Shown in pieces: positions 26,346 through 35,511 of a stretch of DNA of 59,414 nt. The DNA is from a virus (Duplodnaviria > Caudoviricetes): IMG/VR virus record IMGVR_UViG_3300025009_000114, positions 1-59,414 of that record, one strand, 5' to 3'. Positions within the stretch are counted from its first letter, which is position 1. Every line of letters starts with the position of its first letter. The notes below the pieces were generated by a model. The model ran no database searches. It was not told the DNA's origin and was given only the letters and a program-made list of their open reading frames with translations. The position numbers and the translations under genes are program-made.

Positions 26346-29180
26346 GCGTAGAGGAACAATTATCGAACTATATTTATCTCAGCAAGTATAGCCGTTGGAG
26401 AGAGACACTAAAAAGAAGAGAGTGTTGGGAAGAAACTGTAGATAGATATATTACGTTCTTCCAGGGACATTTAGGACTCGCAGAAGTTGATGAAATCTTA
26501 GAGGAACTGCGAGGAGCTATCCTGAACAAAGAGGTAGCACCCTCAATGCGGTCTTTGATGGTAGCTGGTAAGGCTCTTGAAAGGGACCACGCAGCTTCTT
26601 ACAATTGTGCAGCTATTGCTATCACACACCCACGATGCTTCGATGAGATTTTCTATTTACTTATGTGTGGTTAGTACAACAGCCTCACAATAAAAACCAT
26701 GTTAATTGCTGGAAACTCCTAACGTAGAGTCGAGGACAATCAGCAGCCAAGACGGATGAAGCCGTAAGGTTCAACGACTAGATATACACAATAAAATTAT
26801 AGGGGTACATTATGCACCGGCCTAGTTATAGTAGAACACCAAAAGAAATAAGGGGAGCTTTGGTTGGAACATTGCTTGGAGATTCTTTTATCTCCAAGGG
26901 GAGAACCTTCTGTTGCGAACAGAAGTCTCTCAATCTTGTTAAGCTAAAAGCTGAGTTGATATCTCATTACACTAGAAATTACCCGAAGATAACTTACAGA
27001 GAACCTAGAGATTCTTTTATAGGGGGTAAGGTTATAAGAGGAAGTGGGACATTCACTGTTCAGGGAGATCACGATACTTTTAAAAAGTGGTCGAAGATTT
27101 TTTACATGTTCGGTGAAAGGCAAATAAGAATGTCTTTGCTTCGGCAACTTTCAGATGAGGGTCTTGCCTTGTGGATCATGGATGATGGTTTTATGTATTA
27201 CACAAAATCAAACTCCACCAGAAGACTAATACTCTGTACAGATGCTTATAGTGAACTTTCCCATAAACTCATGGTAAATTATTTTCAAGAGTATTATAGT
27301 GTTTCTCCAAAAATAATAAAGCATAAATCGAGAAAAGATGCTAAAGAGAAGTTGAGATTAGCTTTCAATGCAACAGACACTCAAAAAATAATAAGCATTG
27401 TGTACCCTTATGTGCTTGATGAGTATTTGTACAAAATCGATATGCATTATTCAGACAAAAGTCTTAATTCTCAAAGGTGTTCAGATGCTTATAAAGAAGC
27501 ATATGAGTGTATATCACAACGCATGGCAGCTAGTACTAACTAGTTGAAGATATAGTCTAGTCCTTATAGAAATATAAGGTATCCACGTGTGGAGTAGGAT
27601 TCTCAGTAGAAAGACAGTACATCGCAAAACTCCCTGTAGTTGCTGAGAATTTTTATGAAACTGATACAACTCTCAAAGTGCAAGATTCAAAGATTGGTTG
27701 GGCCAAAGCCCTTAAGGAACTTATTGCACTCCTGTATAATGGCGATATTCCTAAGTGGGATCTTTCATCTGTTAGACCTGCTGGTGCTCGACTTAAAACT
27801 TTCTCAGGCAGAGCCTCTGGGCCTCAGCCCCTCGACTCTCTTCTTGATTATGTGGTTCGCCTTTTTCGTCGCGCTGCGGGTAGAAGACTCACTTCAATAG
27901 AAGTCCATGATACACTTTGCAAGATAGCTGATACCGTCATAGTAGGTTCTGTCAGAAGAAGTGCGATGATCTCCTTGTCGAACCTTACTGACTTGCGTAT
28001 GGCATCTGCTAAATCAGGTTCCTGGTGGGATAAGAACCCTGAGAGGTCTTTAGCTAACAACTCAGTTGCCTATACCGAGAAGCCTGACCTTGATAGTTTC
28101 CTCAGAGAGTTTAATAGTCTCTATCAAAGTAAGGCAGGAGAGAGGGGCATATGTAATAAAGTAGCTCTTAGAAAGAAAGCTGAGAGTTGTGGAAGAGAGT
28201 ATGATGGGGATTACCTACCCAACCCCTGTTTCGAGGCTTTGCTCAGAGACTCTGGTGGTTTCTGCAACTTAAGTGAAGTTATAATAAGACCAACAGACAC
28301 CCTAGAAGATCTCAAGAAGAAGGTAGAGTATGCAACTATCATAGGTACTCTACAATCCACCCTGACAGATTTTAGATATCTAAGAAAGATCTGGAAGGAC
28401 AATGCAGAAGAGGAGAGACTATTGGGGGTGTCACTCACAGGGATTATGGATCATCCTGTAATGAGTGGTAAAACTGTTTGGAAGAACCTAGCAAACAAGA
28501 ATACGCACTCTTATTATAATCTTTCTGAGATCCTAACAGAACTCAAGCAAGTAGCCGCAGAGACGAACAAAAAGTGGGCTGAGATCCTTGACATTCCAGT
28601 ATCAAAGCAAACAACATTAATAAAACCATCAGGAACAGTAAGCCAACTCTGCAACACGTCTAGTGGTATTCATCCAAGGTTCTTCCCGTTCTATCTTCGT
28701 AGGGTAACTCAAGATCGTAAAGACCCCCTGACAGATCTCTTGATATCACAAGGAGTTCCTTATGTTCTGAGAGGAGAGAAAGCAGTGTTCTCCTTCCCAA
28801 TCAAGAGCCCAGAGGGTGCTATCTGCGCTAGAGATATAGGTTCTATTAGCCAACTAGAACTCTGGAAGACATATCGCGATTATTGGTGTGATGGCAATCC
28901 AAGTCAAACCATTTACTACACTGACGATTCTTTCTTAGATGTACAATCTTGGGTCTGGAAGAATTGGGATTCTATCGGGGGTTTGTCTTTCTTCCCGCTT
29001 GATGATACAATCTATGATAAAGAAGCCCAACCTTACTTGGAGATAACTAAAGAGGAATATGAGAAGTATCTATCTGAATTTCCTGAGATTAATTGGAGTA
29101 TACTTTCAGACTTCGAGAAAGAGGACACCACACAGATGCAAACAGAGTATGCCTGCTCTGGGGGGAAGTGTGAACTTTAG
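26342..29180 (+). CDS. nrdJ: Class II (B12-dependent) ribonucleotide reductase; exons 26342-26671 and 27588-29180, 640 aa spliced
   Basis: Splice restores LLMCG|CGVGFSVE; NPCFE, FCNLSE, KPSGT, C-terminal CSGGKC; no nrdB seen in the genome. Confidence 0.9.
26672..27587 (+). ncRNA. Group I intron (IA-like, with P7.1) in nrdJ, 916 nt
   Basis: Exon ends in U with P1 to GCCTCACA; P AATTGCTGGAAA, Q AATCAGCAG, R TTCAACGACTA, S AAGATATAGTCT; P9 CCTTATA-GAAA-TATAAGG; terminal G. Confidence 0.92.
26812..27543 (+). CDS. Intron-encoded LAGLIDADG homing endonuclease
   Basis: LVGTLLGDS and LALWIMDDG motifs. Confidence 0.9.
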   Translation: MHRPSYSRTPKEIRGALVGTLLGDSFISKGRTFCCEQKSLNLVKLKAELISHYTRNYPKITYREPRDSFIGGKVIRGSGTFTVQGDHDTFKKWSKIFYMFGERQIRMSLLRQLSDEGLALWIMDDGFMYYTKSNSTRRLILCTDAYSELSHKLMVNYFQEYYSVSPKIIKHKSRKDAKEKLRLAFNATDTQKIISIVYPYVLDEYLYKIDMHYSDKSLNSQRCSDAYKEAYECISQRMAASTN

Positions 29181-29202
29181 CTACTAGATTATAATTTTCT
29201 TC

Positions 29203-29231
29203 TTTACATCTCCTCGTATAAGGGTTATTCT
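29203..29231 (+). promoter_or_regulatory. Putative sigma70-type promoter
   Basis: TTTACA-N17-TATTCT upstream of 29268. Confidence 0.35.
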
Positions 29232-29267
29232 TTAATCGTAACCTAACAGCCAACTAGAAACAATTAT

Positions 29268-29552
29268 ATGATAGGAGGTTTAAAGATGGCAGCTAGAAAA
29301 CAAACAGCACAGGGAAGTGTAAGTGGTACAGTTTACAACAGAAGGAAAGTAGATCAGGAGCCTAAGAGCACCTTTGAGGTCAAGAAGAAAGTAGTTGAGA
29401 TAGAAGTAGACATCAAAGGGTACTCTTTTGTGCTGACAGACGTAGAGGTCAGGCAGCTTCTGAAGATGCTGGTAGATGCTATTCACAAAGAGGGTACACC
29501 TAAGCTCGATAGGTTGCCTATGAAAAGAATCAAACGAGAGTTAGCTACGTAA
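29268..29552 (+). CDS. Basic hypothetical protein
   Basis: AGGAGG SD (start probably at MAARK). Confidence 0.65.
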   Translation: MIGGLKMAARKQTAQGSVSGTVYNRRKVDQEPKSTFEVKKKVVEIEVDIKGYSFVLTDVEVRQLLKMLVDAIHKEGTPKLDRLPMKRIKRELAT

Positions 29553-29562
29553 ACCTTAAAAC

Positions 29563-29613
29563 AAAAATAGCCCTGAGAGAATCTAACTGGTTCTGTCAGG
29601 GCTATTAGTTTTT
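29563..29613. terminator. Probable bidirectional terminator between the two convergent genome arms
   Basis: AAAATAGCCCTGA...TCAGGGCTATT stem flanked by A and T runs. Confidence 0.65.
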
Positions 29614-30320
29614 TACTGAGGACAGTTGGCTATATCTTCACTAGAATATCCATAGTCCTTTGTAAGACAAGCATTGTATTCATCAGGAGTTGCACTCCCT
29701 TCTTTGGTTGTTCTACAATCAACTAAATGAATCTGCTCAATCTCACAGGCTGAAGTCTTCCCTTTGCTTTCTGTTCTTCCAGCATCTGCTTTGCTCTTAT
29801 CATTAGCAACTGCTACTGTGTCATTATCTTCTTTATGCACAGACACTTGGGCATTATCAGATGCAGAAATCTTATCTCCTACCCTCCCCATAACAGAATC
29901 TGCAAATCTGACAGCACCAGTGGTTACAATACCGAAGGTGGCTACACTCTTGAGATCCGAAGAGTATTGTCTTTTTGTTATCTCTTCTTCCTTCTTAGCC
30001 ACTATGTAAGCGTCCCACCCATTAGTCCCTGGTCTACAAACCTCAGACTCCTTCCCCCACACACTCTTAATCATTGACATTGTATCTCTGTGCATAAGAG
30101 CGTATGCTTTGTCTTCTTTAGATAAAGACTCGTATTGCTGTCTTTCGGCAGCTTCCTTTTCTTTCATCCACTCGTAGCACTTATTGATTTCTTCTTGATT
30201 TGGATTCATAGAGACACCAGCAGCAGATGAGAACTCTTGTGGTGTTCCAACAGAAACACACCCACCAGTTCCGAAAAGGAGGAGCAGTGAGAGTGCTATC
30301 AGGGGTATTAGTTTTTTCAT
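29613..30320 (-). CDS. Putative lipoprotein
   Basis: MKK plus hydrophobic signal peptide ending GTGG-C. Confidence 0.7.
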   Translation of the reverse strand: MKKLIPLIALSLLLLFGTGGCVSVGTPQEFSSAAGVSMNPNQEEINKCYEWMKEKEAAERQQYESLSKEDKAYALMHRDTMSMIKSVWGKESEVCRPGTNGWDAYIVAKKEEEITKRQYSSDLKSVATFGIVTTGAVRFADSVMGRVGDKISASDNAQVSVHKEDNDTVAVANDKSKADAGRTESKGKTSACEIEQIHLVDCRTTKEGSATPDEYNACLTKDYGYSSEDIANCPQ

Positions 30321-30435
30321 AGTTTTCTATTTGGTTGATATTAGTTTCAAAATCAGTCAGCCGCGTTTCAAAAGTTTTCGCCAGATCCTAACATCGCACA
30401 GGGCAACTGCGACCATAAAATAATTATCGATATTC

Positions 30436-32316
30436 TCATGGCTTCAACACCCTGTCGGCTCTGATAATTCCAGTCGCGTCAAGGCCAGGATTCCATATTG
30501 CAATCCCCCTATCTCCGAGCCTGGTGTTTGCCGTTGCGGTCAGGGTGGACAGATCGACGGCGGCGTTATTCGTCCACTCAGTAATTCCCTGGAAACTCGG
30601 CCCCAGCGGAGCGGTCACGGTCAGCGCTGGGTATTCGGTGCCTGCGGTTACTATGAGGTCACGGCGGAGTGGGCCAGGATACATGAGCGGTTGCCAGAAT
30701 ACATCCCCGACCATATCTGACCAAATTGTTGCGATTGCATCGGCCACCAGTCTGGCAGCAAATGCGTAGCCAGCATCACTATAATGTAGCCCGTCTACGC
30801 TCGCATATGCGGTAGCCAAGTTATCTGTGCCAGTTGCCACCATTTCCGGGTAAACATCCAGAACGGTTATTCCATTCTCTGACCCATAGGATAATAGCCA
30901 GCTATTATAGGATTCCGTTGCAGATTGCCCAGCCTCAGACCACCATTCTGACGAGCCGAATGGGGAAATCGTGACCAGAACCATATCAATATTTGCCGCT
31001 GTAGCCAGAGCAACAATGGCCTCGATATTTTCGGCCATTGTGCTAACCGGGACACCGGTCAAAATATCATTTATGCCAATTGGCATAAAACAGACATCGG
31101 GATCAATGGCAACCACATCTGCATTAAACCTAGCCAATACCTGAGCGGTAGTGTTGCCGTTTATACCAGCGCCGATACAATACGTATCTGGAAAATATTG
31201 TCTTAAATATGGTATTTGCGCGTTAGTCAAACTGTGCCCAATACCGCAAATCACACCTCCCTGAGCATTAATATTTGATGTGCGAGCAGGCACCCTAGCA
31301 GCAGGCGTTTTGGGTGGTGCGTAGCCATGGCCGGAAGATGTGCCGCTACACAGATGGATGTTTTTAATCAGGCACCCACTCCCGATGCCAGACAGATACG
31401 CAGATCCAGGCCAAATAAAAAATCTAACGGTGGATGTCCCGATAATGAAATCAGTTCGGGTGATCTCGACAACGGTGTCCACTGTTTCAGATAATCCTGT
31501 TATTTCTGGAGCACCCGTGCCATTATGTTTTTCTGCCGTGCCTGGCCCAGAAACAATAGTGATGTCCTGATTTTCATATGATTCTGTCCAGCCGATATTG
31601 ACAGGATTTTCCTGTCCAGGCAGCGCGCGCAATGTGGCTCTGACGGTATAATCTGTGCGCGTGGCGAGATCATCAGGGATTAGTACGAGAGATGATATTC
31701 CGATGGCCCAATGAGCACTGACTAGATGGGTTAATGTCCAAAATCCATCAACCGTTTCAGCCACCCCCACCTCATCTGTAGCTACGGGGCCAGCATCGCA
31801 CAGGTTTTCCCGCATAGAGTAACCTGTATCATTTATGTAGTCGGTCCCGGTGCCGTCCAATCGCTCAGTGATCGTCGTAGTCGTTAGCGCAGTGAGGTGA
31901 TGCTCGTTCCCAGATGCGTCATACTCGATGGTTTTTCCAACGTTGATCCCCGGCCAGTAGGCCCACAGAACCCCGGCGCGATGCACGTAAATGTCCCATC
32001 CGTCAAAATCAGCGCCAAATGTCAGTGTGCCATCAACGGCGCAGGTCGGCACATCCCCTGTCGAGGTGATGGTATCGGTGGTGAGTAGGCCGGTGACGGT
32101 CGCAGATCCAGCCCCGACAAATCCGGAGCCTTTGACCTGCTGCATTGTTGCGTGGGCGTTTGCCGGGATTGATGATCGCAGTACGGTTAATTCGCCGATA
32201 GTGCCAGTCAAATCTGGTATCATATCCTTAAATACTAACCCACCTGACGGCAGTCTCAGCCCCCCACCTGTCAGCACCCTTCGAAATAAATTCCTATAAG
32301 TTTTTCTATTGCTCAT
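30436..32316 (-). CDS. Tail-associated protein with SGNH/GDSL hydrolase domain
   Basis: GIGHSLT, AGINGNTT, IGINDI, DGLHYS. Confidence 0.8.
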   Translation of the reverse strand: MSNRKTYRNLFRRVLTGGGLRLPSGGLVFKDMIPDLTGTIGELTVLRSSIPANAHATMQQVKGSGFVGAGSATVTGLLTTDTITSTGDVPTCAVDGTLTFGADFDGWDIYVHRAGVLWAYWPGINVGKTIEYDASGNEHHLTALTTTTITERLDGTGTDYINDTGYSMRENLCDAGPVATDEVGVAETVDGFWTLTHLVSAHWAIGISSLVLIPDDLATRTDYTVRATLRALPGQENPVNIGWTESYENQDITIVSGPGTAEKHNGTGAPEITGLSETVDTVVEITRTDFIIGTSTVRFFIWPGSAYLSGIGSGCLIKNIHLCSGTSSGHGYAPPKTPAARVPARTSNINAQGGVICGIGHSLTNAQIPYLRQYFPDTYCIGAGINGNTTAQVLARFNADVVAIDPDVCFMPIGINDILTGVPVSTMAENIEAIVALATAANIDMVLVTISPFGSSEWWSEAGQSATESYNSWLLSYGSENGITVLDVYPEMVATGTDNLATAYASVDGLHYSDAGYAFAARLVADAIATIWSDMVGDVFWQPLMYPGPLRRDLIVTAGTEYPALTVTAPLGPSFQGITEWTNNAAVDLSTLTATANTRLGDRGIAIWNPGLDATGIIRADRVLKP

Positions 32317-32318
32317 AG

Positions 32319-32696
32319 TTAATCAATAAGGTAAAGAATTACTTTTACCTTTGCAGAGTTAGTTGTGTTTCCAGTTACAGTAATAGAACCTCCACCAACT
32401 ACAGCCACATTAGCATCTAACAGTCCCCTGCCAGTACTTGCAGTGATAGGACCAACAGTATGTATAGTTAATCCATACCCATCTTTAGTTAAACATGTAA
32501 GACTATTAGGTGGTGTGGTTCCATCGAACACAACACTAATATCAGATATCATTCCTGCAAAATCAGATGGTAAGCTATACACAGGGAAGAGTGCATCGGA
32601 TGCATCAGCAGTTAGAGATACTTCCCAAGCTTTTGTATAGCTAAGTGTCCTATCTACAGTTCCTGTAATTAGTTTTCCTACAGCAGTTCCTGCCAT
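32319..32696 (-). CDS. Putative virion structural protein
   Basis: Beta-rich; AGGAG SD; in late cluster. Confidence 0.6.
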   Translation of the reverse strand: MAGTAVGKLITGTVDRTLSYTKAWEVSLTADASDALFPVYSLPSDFAGMISDISVVFDGTTPPNSLTCLTKDGYGLTIHTVGPITASTGRGLLDANVAVVGGGSITVTGNTTNSAKVKVILYLID

Positions 32697-32755
32697 TTAT
32701 TATCTCTCCTTATAAGAAGCACCCTAATAAATTCTACTAGGGTGCTATCATATTT

Positions 32756-32947
32756 TTACAGTTCTTTAGGTTCTTCTATACTAACAGCACCTGTCATCTC
32801 TCTTAACTCTTCAAGCGTAATACCTTTCTCTTCTTGCTCTGCAATCAGCAAGTCTAATAGGGCTATAGCCCCTATAGTTTGATGGTACACAGAGAAAGCA
32901 TTATCTCTTTGAGCTATAAGGTTCTGACGTTCTTTCTTAAGATCCAT
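32756..32947 (-). CDS. Small coiled-coil protein (possible fibre chaperone)
   Basis: Follows a fibre-like gene. Confidence 0.55.
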   Translation of the reverse strand: MDLKKERQNLIAQRDNAFSVYHQTIGAIALLDLLIAEQEEKGITLEELREMTGAVSIEEPKEL

Positions 32948-33795
32948 TAACTTTCAGTCCTATTAGTAGAGGCATTTGTAACCATAAGATAATAAGGAGT
33001 CCCACCCTCAGTAACTATCTTAATAGAGTGAGTCATAGACTCGGTAGTATGAGCGCAGAACAACCCACCAGCCTCAGCGGCTACATTAGGCACACGCATA
33101 AGGTTATTAGACTTCTTAGTATTCGTGTTAGTGAAACGTAAGAATGCGAAGTTAGTTGGTACAGTTACTGCCGTGTCAAAATCAGTATCAACTTGGATAA
33201 CAGCACAAGTACCCCCAATATTAGTAGATGCAGCAGCTATACCGAAAGTAGCTCGAAGTGCATTAGCGGCACCACTGACAGCAGCGCTAGCACCAGCAGT
33301 GCCGAAAGAAATATGAGCACCATTTACAGTACCACCAGTAGCTACGGATACGTTATTAACAGTAGCCATAGTTCTAAATGCTTCACCAGAACCACCAGCA
33401 CCTGAGAAGTACAATCTCAAGTACTCCCCTCTCATATCTCCGGTAGTGTGGGTAGAGTCTAGGTAATATTCTTTTGCATTATCAGCAGTAGCCCCAAGAG
33501 CATATGCAGATCCAGAAGCACCACAACCAATCAGAAGACCGGAGTGTGCATCTTTAATTGTAATAGCACCTTCCGTAGTTATATTTCTAAGACCTGTGAT
33601 ATCTTTATTAGCATCTACAACAACACCCTTAGACGCTGCTACAGTTCCCGCCGTAACATTATCAAGTACATTCAACTCAGCAGCACTGGCGGTTGTAGTA
33701 GTACCAGCAGTGGCATAAAGCTCAGTGAAGTTATCATTGATCTTCTTACGGTCGCTAGAGTTGATGCTTACAGATTTCAATACTTGTTTCGCCAT
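32947..33795 (-). CDS. Fibre-like virion protein
   Basis: N-terminal DRKKINDNFTELY; ASAAELNVLD repeat; G/A/T-rich. Confidence 0.65.
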   Translation of the reverse strand: MAKQVLKSVSINSSDRKKINDNFTELYATAGTTTTASAAELNVLDNVTAGTVAASKGVVVDANKDITGLRNITTEGAITIKDAHSGLLIGCGASGSAYALGATADNAKEYYLDSTHTTGDMRGEYLRLYFSGAGGSGEAFRTMATVNNVSVATGGTVNGAHISFGTAGASAAVSGAANALRATFGIAAASTNIGGTCAVIQVDTDFDTAVTVPTNFAFLRFTNTNTKKSNNLMRVPNVAAEAGGLFCAHTTESMTHSIKIVTEGGTPYYLMVTNASTNRTES

Positions 33796-33891
33796 TTTAA
33801 AATTCCCCTTCAATAAGATTTATTCTACTGCTTTTTCATTCGGCTATCAGTCTAATAGCCCCCACCTAATAGAGACAGCCCCTATTAGATA

Positions 33892-34602
33892 TTATTTGAC
33901 TCCTGCCTGTCTGGAGCCTATCGTGTCTATTTGGTAGTGTATGTCAAACTCCTTAACTAATACATCCCCTATCAGCACATTATCTTCCCTGTATAACTGC
34001 ACATCCATTAGCCAAGATAACCCGGTTATACTTGTTCCACTTATACTTGGAAATAATAACTTATTCTGAATAGTTCCTGAAGTATATGTAAATACCGTGT
34101 CTGTTGACGTTATAGTTGTGAAAGAAGGTACAGCACTTCCTAGTGTATACATTCGGTACTTCACCTTGAACACTGGGAGTGTAGATGAGGTCTGAATGAA
34201 ATGTAAGTGAGGGTGCAGATCAGTACCTAGCTTGTAACAGTGTGGTAGTTGAATAATAAAATACACTATCTCTGTTGGATCATTCTGCGGAAACAGAAGA
34301 CCATTATCCGTATAGTCATAATCTGGCTTACCTAGAGCACCAACCCTAGTTCTTTCTACAGGAACTCTGAGATCATCCCAAACAGGTTCTTGTAGAACAG
34401 CAGTCTTATTAGTTCCACAATCTATAGTTAGATCACCTACTGATTCTACTTCCTCAGTAATTATCTTTTGACTTCCAAGGTTTACAGCACTAGTAGCTCC
34501 AGTATAAGGAACTTTATCGGAATACAGATCCTTAAAGTTCTCGTTGATTACTTTACGATCTAAGATATTGATACCAGTGGATTTTAAGAATCTTTGTGTC
34601 AT
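33892..34602 (-). CDS. Virion protein with N-terminus paralogous to 32947-33795
   Basis: DRKVINENFKDLY; VPYTGATSAVNLG. Confidence 0.65.
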   Translation of the reverse strand: MTQRFLKSTGINILDRKVINENFKDLYSDKVPYTGATSAVNLGSQKIITEEVESVGDLTIDCGTNKTAVLQEPVWDDLRVPVERTRVGALGKPDYDYTDNGLLFPQNDPTEIVYFIIQLPHCYKLGTDLHPHLHFIQTSSTLPVFKVKYRMYTLGSAVPSFTTITSTDTVFTYTSGTIQNKLLFPSISGTSITGLSWLMDVQLYREDNVLIGDVLVKEFDIHYQIDTIGSRQAGVK

Positions 34603-34934
34603 GCAAACTTACCGAATAGCCACATAACTATTGGAGATATAAACACTAAGAACCCACATATAGTTGTGGCTTTAATTACGAACTTAGAGTTCTCATTTGT
34701 TACCTTATCTTGTGTTGAGTTATAGTCCTTTAGCTCCTTTAGCATCTTAGCTACGTTCTCATTGAACCTTTGAAGTTCTAAGATATTCTCAGAGAGTCTT
34801 GCTAACATCTCTCTTTGATCTTGTTGATGGTCTGTTAGTTTACTTGTAGTATCTCTCAGTTCTTTTATCATTTCTATTGAGTACTCATGTGCTTCACATT
34901 TAGACACCATTGTTATCCCCTTAGAGCTAGGCAT
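34599..34934 (-). CDS. Coiled-coil protein with C-terminal TM helix (holin/XhlA-like candidate)
   Basis: Heptads followed by a hydrophobic C-terminus. Confidence 0.55.
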   Translation of the reverse strand: MPSSKGITMVSKCEAHEYSIEMIKELRDTTSKLTDHQQDQREMLARLSENILELQRFNENVAKMLKELKDYNSTQDKVTNENSKFVIKATTICGFLVFISPIVMWLFGKFA

Positions 34935-34942
34935 CTCTATAT

Positions 34943-35045
34943 GCCTCTAGAAAGCTCACAATTGACCTGTATTGAAAATCTACTAGTACCCTAGTAGGGT
35001 AGGATAGGTTGTACTAGAAATTCAAATACAGGCCATCCTAGACAC
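34943..35045. repeat. ~100-bp imperfect palindromic dispersed repeat, copy 3 (inverted)
   Basis: CCTGTATTGAA...GTAGGGTAGGAT...TTCAAATACAGG. Confidence 0.6.
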
Positions 35046-35049
35046 TTTT

Positions 35050-35325
35050 CTATGTGTCTGCCATTTCCCTCGCTCGTTTGTATTTCAGATAGGGCTTCCA
35101 GCCCCCGACAGTAACTCCTAGCCAATACACCAGACCAACTAGTGGGTGTCCTTTCTTCGAGATGCACCAAGCAAGTCTAGCATCTGCTGTCCACTTACCT
35201 TCACCCTCTACGTAGTCGTAGTCATGACGTACACAACAGTCATGCCAGTTACCTTCTGGAGATGAAGAACACTCCCAATCTGTTAACTTCTTGAGTTGAC
35301 TAATTATTTCCTCTTTTGTAGCCAT
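35050..35325 (-). CDS. Phospholipase A2-like / DUF1353-like small protein
   Basis: CCVRHDYDY...ADARLAWCI...YWLGV..GG. Confidence 0.65.
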   Translation of the reverse strand: MATKEEIISQLKKLTDWECSSSPEGNWHDCCVRHDYDYVEGEGKWTADARLAWCISKKGHPLVGLVYWLGVTVGGWKPYLKYKRAREMADT

Positions 35326-35329
35326 ACAG

Positions 35330-35511
35330 TATCCTTATAGTATATACTAATAGTATATCTAATAGGCTATTAGATGTCTAATAGCCTATCAGCCTATTAG
35401 GATAAGTTAAATAATTAATATACTATATACTAATAGTATACCTAATAGGCTATCAGCCTAATAGAATATTAATAAATTAATATTTATATTTATCTATTAG
35501 GCTATTAGATC
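35330..35511. repeat. CTRATAG-motif-rich AT-rich intergenic block
   Basis: 35341-35365 is the exact reverse complement of 4848-4872. Confidence 0.65.

Noticed and set aside
27640-27900. 86-aa alternative-frame ORF
   Set aside because: Overlaps nrdJ exon 2 out of frame.
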